Assembly: GCA_002189035.1 (NCBI GenBank)
Contig: CM007992.1
Span: 2,170,001-2,234,000, forward strand
Length of the DNA: 64,000 nucleotides
Direction: 5' to 3'
Source: Utricularia gibba
Taxonomy: Eukaryota; Plantae; Magnoliophyta
Positions within the stretch are counted from its first letter, which is position 1, and each line of letters starts with the position of its first letter. Positions 61,528-64,000 of this stretch are shown here, one piece after another. Under the pieces are notes generated by a model. The model was not told the DNA's origin, made no database searches, and was given only the letters and a program-made list of their open reading frames with translations. A program made the translations under genes and the position numbers.

Positions 61528-64000
61528 ATGTCTTCTAGCGTGAATTTGAGATCCATTCTAGAGTCCAACAAGTTGGTTGGCTTGAATTTTACTGATTGGC
61601 ACCGCAATTTGAGAATTGTTCTCAAGGCGGAGAAGATTGCTTGCATCCTTGAGCAAGATGTTCCTACACAACCCAGGGCTAATGCAGTTGAAGATGTTCG
61701 GCGTGCATATCAGAAGTATCTAGATGATGCTGAGCTTGTCTCCTGTATCATGCTTGCTTCGATGGCCCCTGATCTCCAAAAACAGCATGAGGCGATGACT
61801 TGCCAACAGATGATAACACACCTCAAGGATCTGTTTGGTGAGCACTCATGACTTGAAAGGTTCAAGACATCAAAGCTGTTGTTCAATTGTCGCTTGGCAG
61901 AAGGAAGTTCTGCTGCTGATCATGCGACATTGATGTTGAGTTACATTGAGAAGTTGTCCACTCTTGGTTTTGTGTTGGATAAGGACTTGAGTATTGACTT
62001 AATCCTTACCTCACTACCTGATAGCTACTCGCAGTTTGTGATGAACTATCAGATGAACAAGATGGATCAAACTGAGAAAACTATCACAAAGGAACAAAAG
62101 AATGTCATGCTTGTCTCTTCAAGAAAAAAGGTTTCCAAGAAGAAGAGTCAAGACAAGAAACTCAAAGCTAAAAGTGAGATCAAGAAGAAGAAGCTTGTTG
62201 AAAAACTGGCTAAGGGTGAATGCTTTCATTGTGGGAAATCTGGTCATTGGAAGAGAAACTGCAAAGCCTATCTAGAGTCAATCAAGGGCAAGAAGCAGAA
62301 TGAAAATTCAGCTTCAGGTATTCACATGATTGAGATTAACACTACTATCAAGAATGGTTCTTGGGTGTTAGATTCTGGTTGTGGTGCTCACATTTGCACT
62401 AACATGCAGGACCTAATGAGTAGTAGAATCTTGAAGAAAAGCGATGTTGACCTAAGAGTTGGGAATGGTGCATGAGTTGCTACCATGGCAGTTGGGACTT
62501 GCCACATCGCCCTACCTTCTGGATTATCTCTTGAATTAGATTCTGTTTATTGTGTTCCCTCATTGTCTAAGAACATCGTCTCTATTTCTTGTTTAGACAA
62601 GATTGGTTTCGAGTTTTCTATAAAGAACAATTGTTGTTCCATACGACGAGGGAATGTGCATTATGGTACTGCTACGATAGTAAACGGAATGTATGTTTTG
62701 GATCATCATGATTCAGAACAGATTAACATGTGCATAAAAAGGCCAAGGATTGACAATGTCTTGAATTCTTACCTCTGACATTGTCGTTTAGGCCATATAA
62801 ACAAGAAGCGTGTTGAGTACTTATATCGATTGGGATATTTGGACTCAGAAGATTATGAATCTTATGAAACATGCGAATCTTGTTTATTGGGCAAAATGAC
62901 AAAGCAACCTTTTCTAGGAAAAGGAACAAGAGCTGAAAACTTATTGGATTTAATACATTCTGATGTATGTGGTCCAATGAACATCACTGCTAGAGGGGGT
63001 TTCTCGTATTTTATCACTTTTACAGATGACCATTCAAGATATGGACGCATCTACTTGATGAAACGAAAATCTGAAGCCTTTGAAAAGTTCAAAGAGTTTC
63101 GGATGGAGGTCGAGAACCAACTTGAGCGTTCCATCAAGAAACTTCGATCAAATCGTGGTGGGGAATACTTGAGTAATGAATTCAAGAATCATTTGAAGGA
63201 CAATGGTATTGTCTCAGAAAGAACTCCTCCTGATACACTTGAGCACAATGGTGTTTCTAAGAGGAGAAATCGAACTTTGCTTGACATGGTTCGATCCATG
63301 ATGAGTTTTGCAGAACTACCAAAGTCCATGTGGGGATATGCTTTAGAGGCAGCGGCTCATGTTTTGAACAAAGCCCCATCGAAATCGGTTGAAACCACTC
63401 CTTATGAGATTTGGACTGGCAGAAAACCGAGTTTCTACTATCTCAAAGCTTGGGGATGCCCCGCTTATGTAAGAAGGTTGAAGTCAGATAAGTTGGAGAA
63501 CAAATCTGACAAGTGTTTCTTTCTAGAATATCCACAAGAAACCATGGGATACTACTTCTATAATCCTCAAGAGGGAAAAATTTTCATCTCGAGGAATGTC
63601 GTCTTTTTAGAGAAAGAGTTTCTCCTCAAAGAAGCAAGTGGGAGTCGTTTTGAACTTGAGGAGATGTTTGAGAATGAGCCAGTGACACCTATAGAGATGC
63701 CAGTGGGTGACTCAAAAGGTAATCTAGGCTCACCATCTCGAAATTGTGTCCTAGAAGCTGGTAATGTACTAGTGAGCAATCAACCTGAGCAATCTGACTT
63801 CCCAAATGTACCAAGCATATTTTCTGTCAGAAGATCAGTCTGACAACATAACCCTATTGTGAGATATGGTTTCATTGTTGATGCCGAAGGCATGGGAGAC
63901 CTCATATTAGATGAGGAACCTCGGACTTATGACGAAGCAATCAATAGTGATGAGTCAAGTAAATGGCTTGTTGCCATGAGAAGAATGTATGGACATTGGT
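61528..64000 (+). pseudogene. copia gag-pol (gag, zinc knuckle, protease, GAG-pre-integrase, integrase, start of RT) with four in-frame stops
   Basis: CFHCGKSGHWKRNC, WVLDSGCGAH, L*HCRLGH, IHSDVCGP...RSNRGGEY...ERTPP. TGA stops at 61849, 62473, 62776 and 63841, all in one frame. Confidence 0.95.

Larger units (their letters stand above)
58905..64000 (+). mobile_element. Ty1/copia element, Angela-like, running off the window end; 5' LTR 58905-60367
   Basis: TGTTGG...CCCAACA LTR of 1463 bp, tRNA-Met PBS TGGTATCAGAGC at 60369-60380, long 5' leader, then gag-pol. The lineage is inferred from LTR and leader length and the gag N-terminus. Confidence 0.9.

Overview
AT-rich plant (eudicot-like) nuclear window dominated by nested, decayed transposons, with four host genes. 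These are a METTL21-like methyltransferase (+, 4350-5059), an ARM-repeat protein (-, 5552-7173), an intact DOMON/cytochrome b561 protein (+, 18026-19359) and an intact secreted phytocystatin (-, 34420-34770). There is also an orphan DYW-deaminase pseudogene fragment (30560-30940). The main mobile elements are a complete Tat/Retand-type Ty3/gypsy element (36618-46618, TSD AAATG), a full-length PIF/Harbinger element (52881-56773, TSD TAA) and a Tourist-like MITE. The window also holds several Copia elements (one runs off the right edge), hAT remnants, Athila-like LTRs and a 5S-rRNA-like (Cassandra-type) fragment. I see no clearly unprecedented system. The best candidate is a four-exon antisense gene inside the Retand element that looks nearly intact while its gag-pol is broken. 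Many apparent frameshifts, including those in two host genes, are single-base losses in G/C runs and probably reflect assembly error. All calls were made by eye, without database searches.
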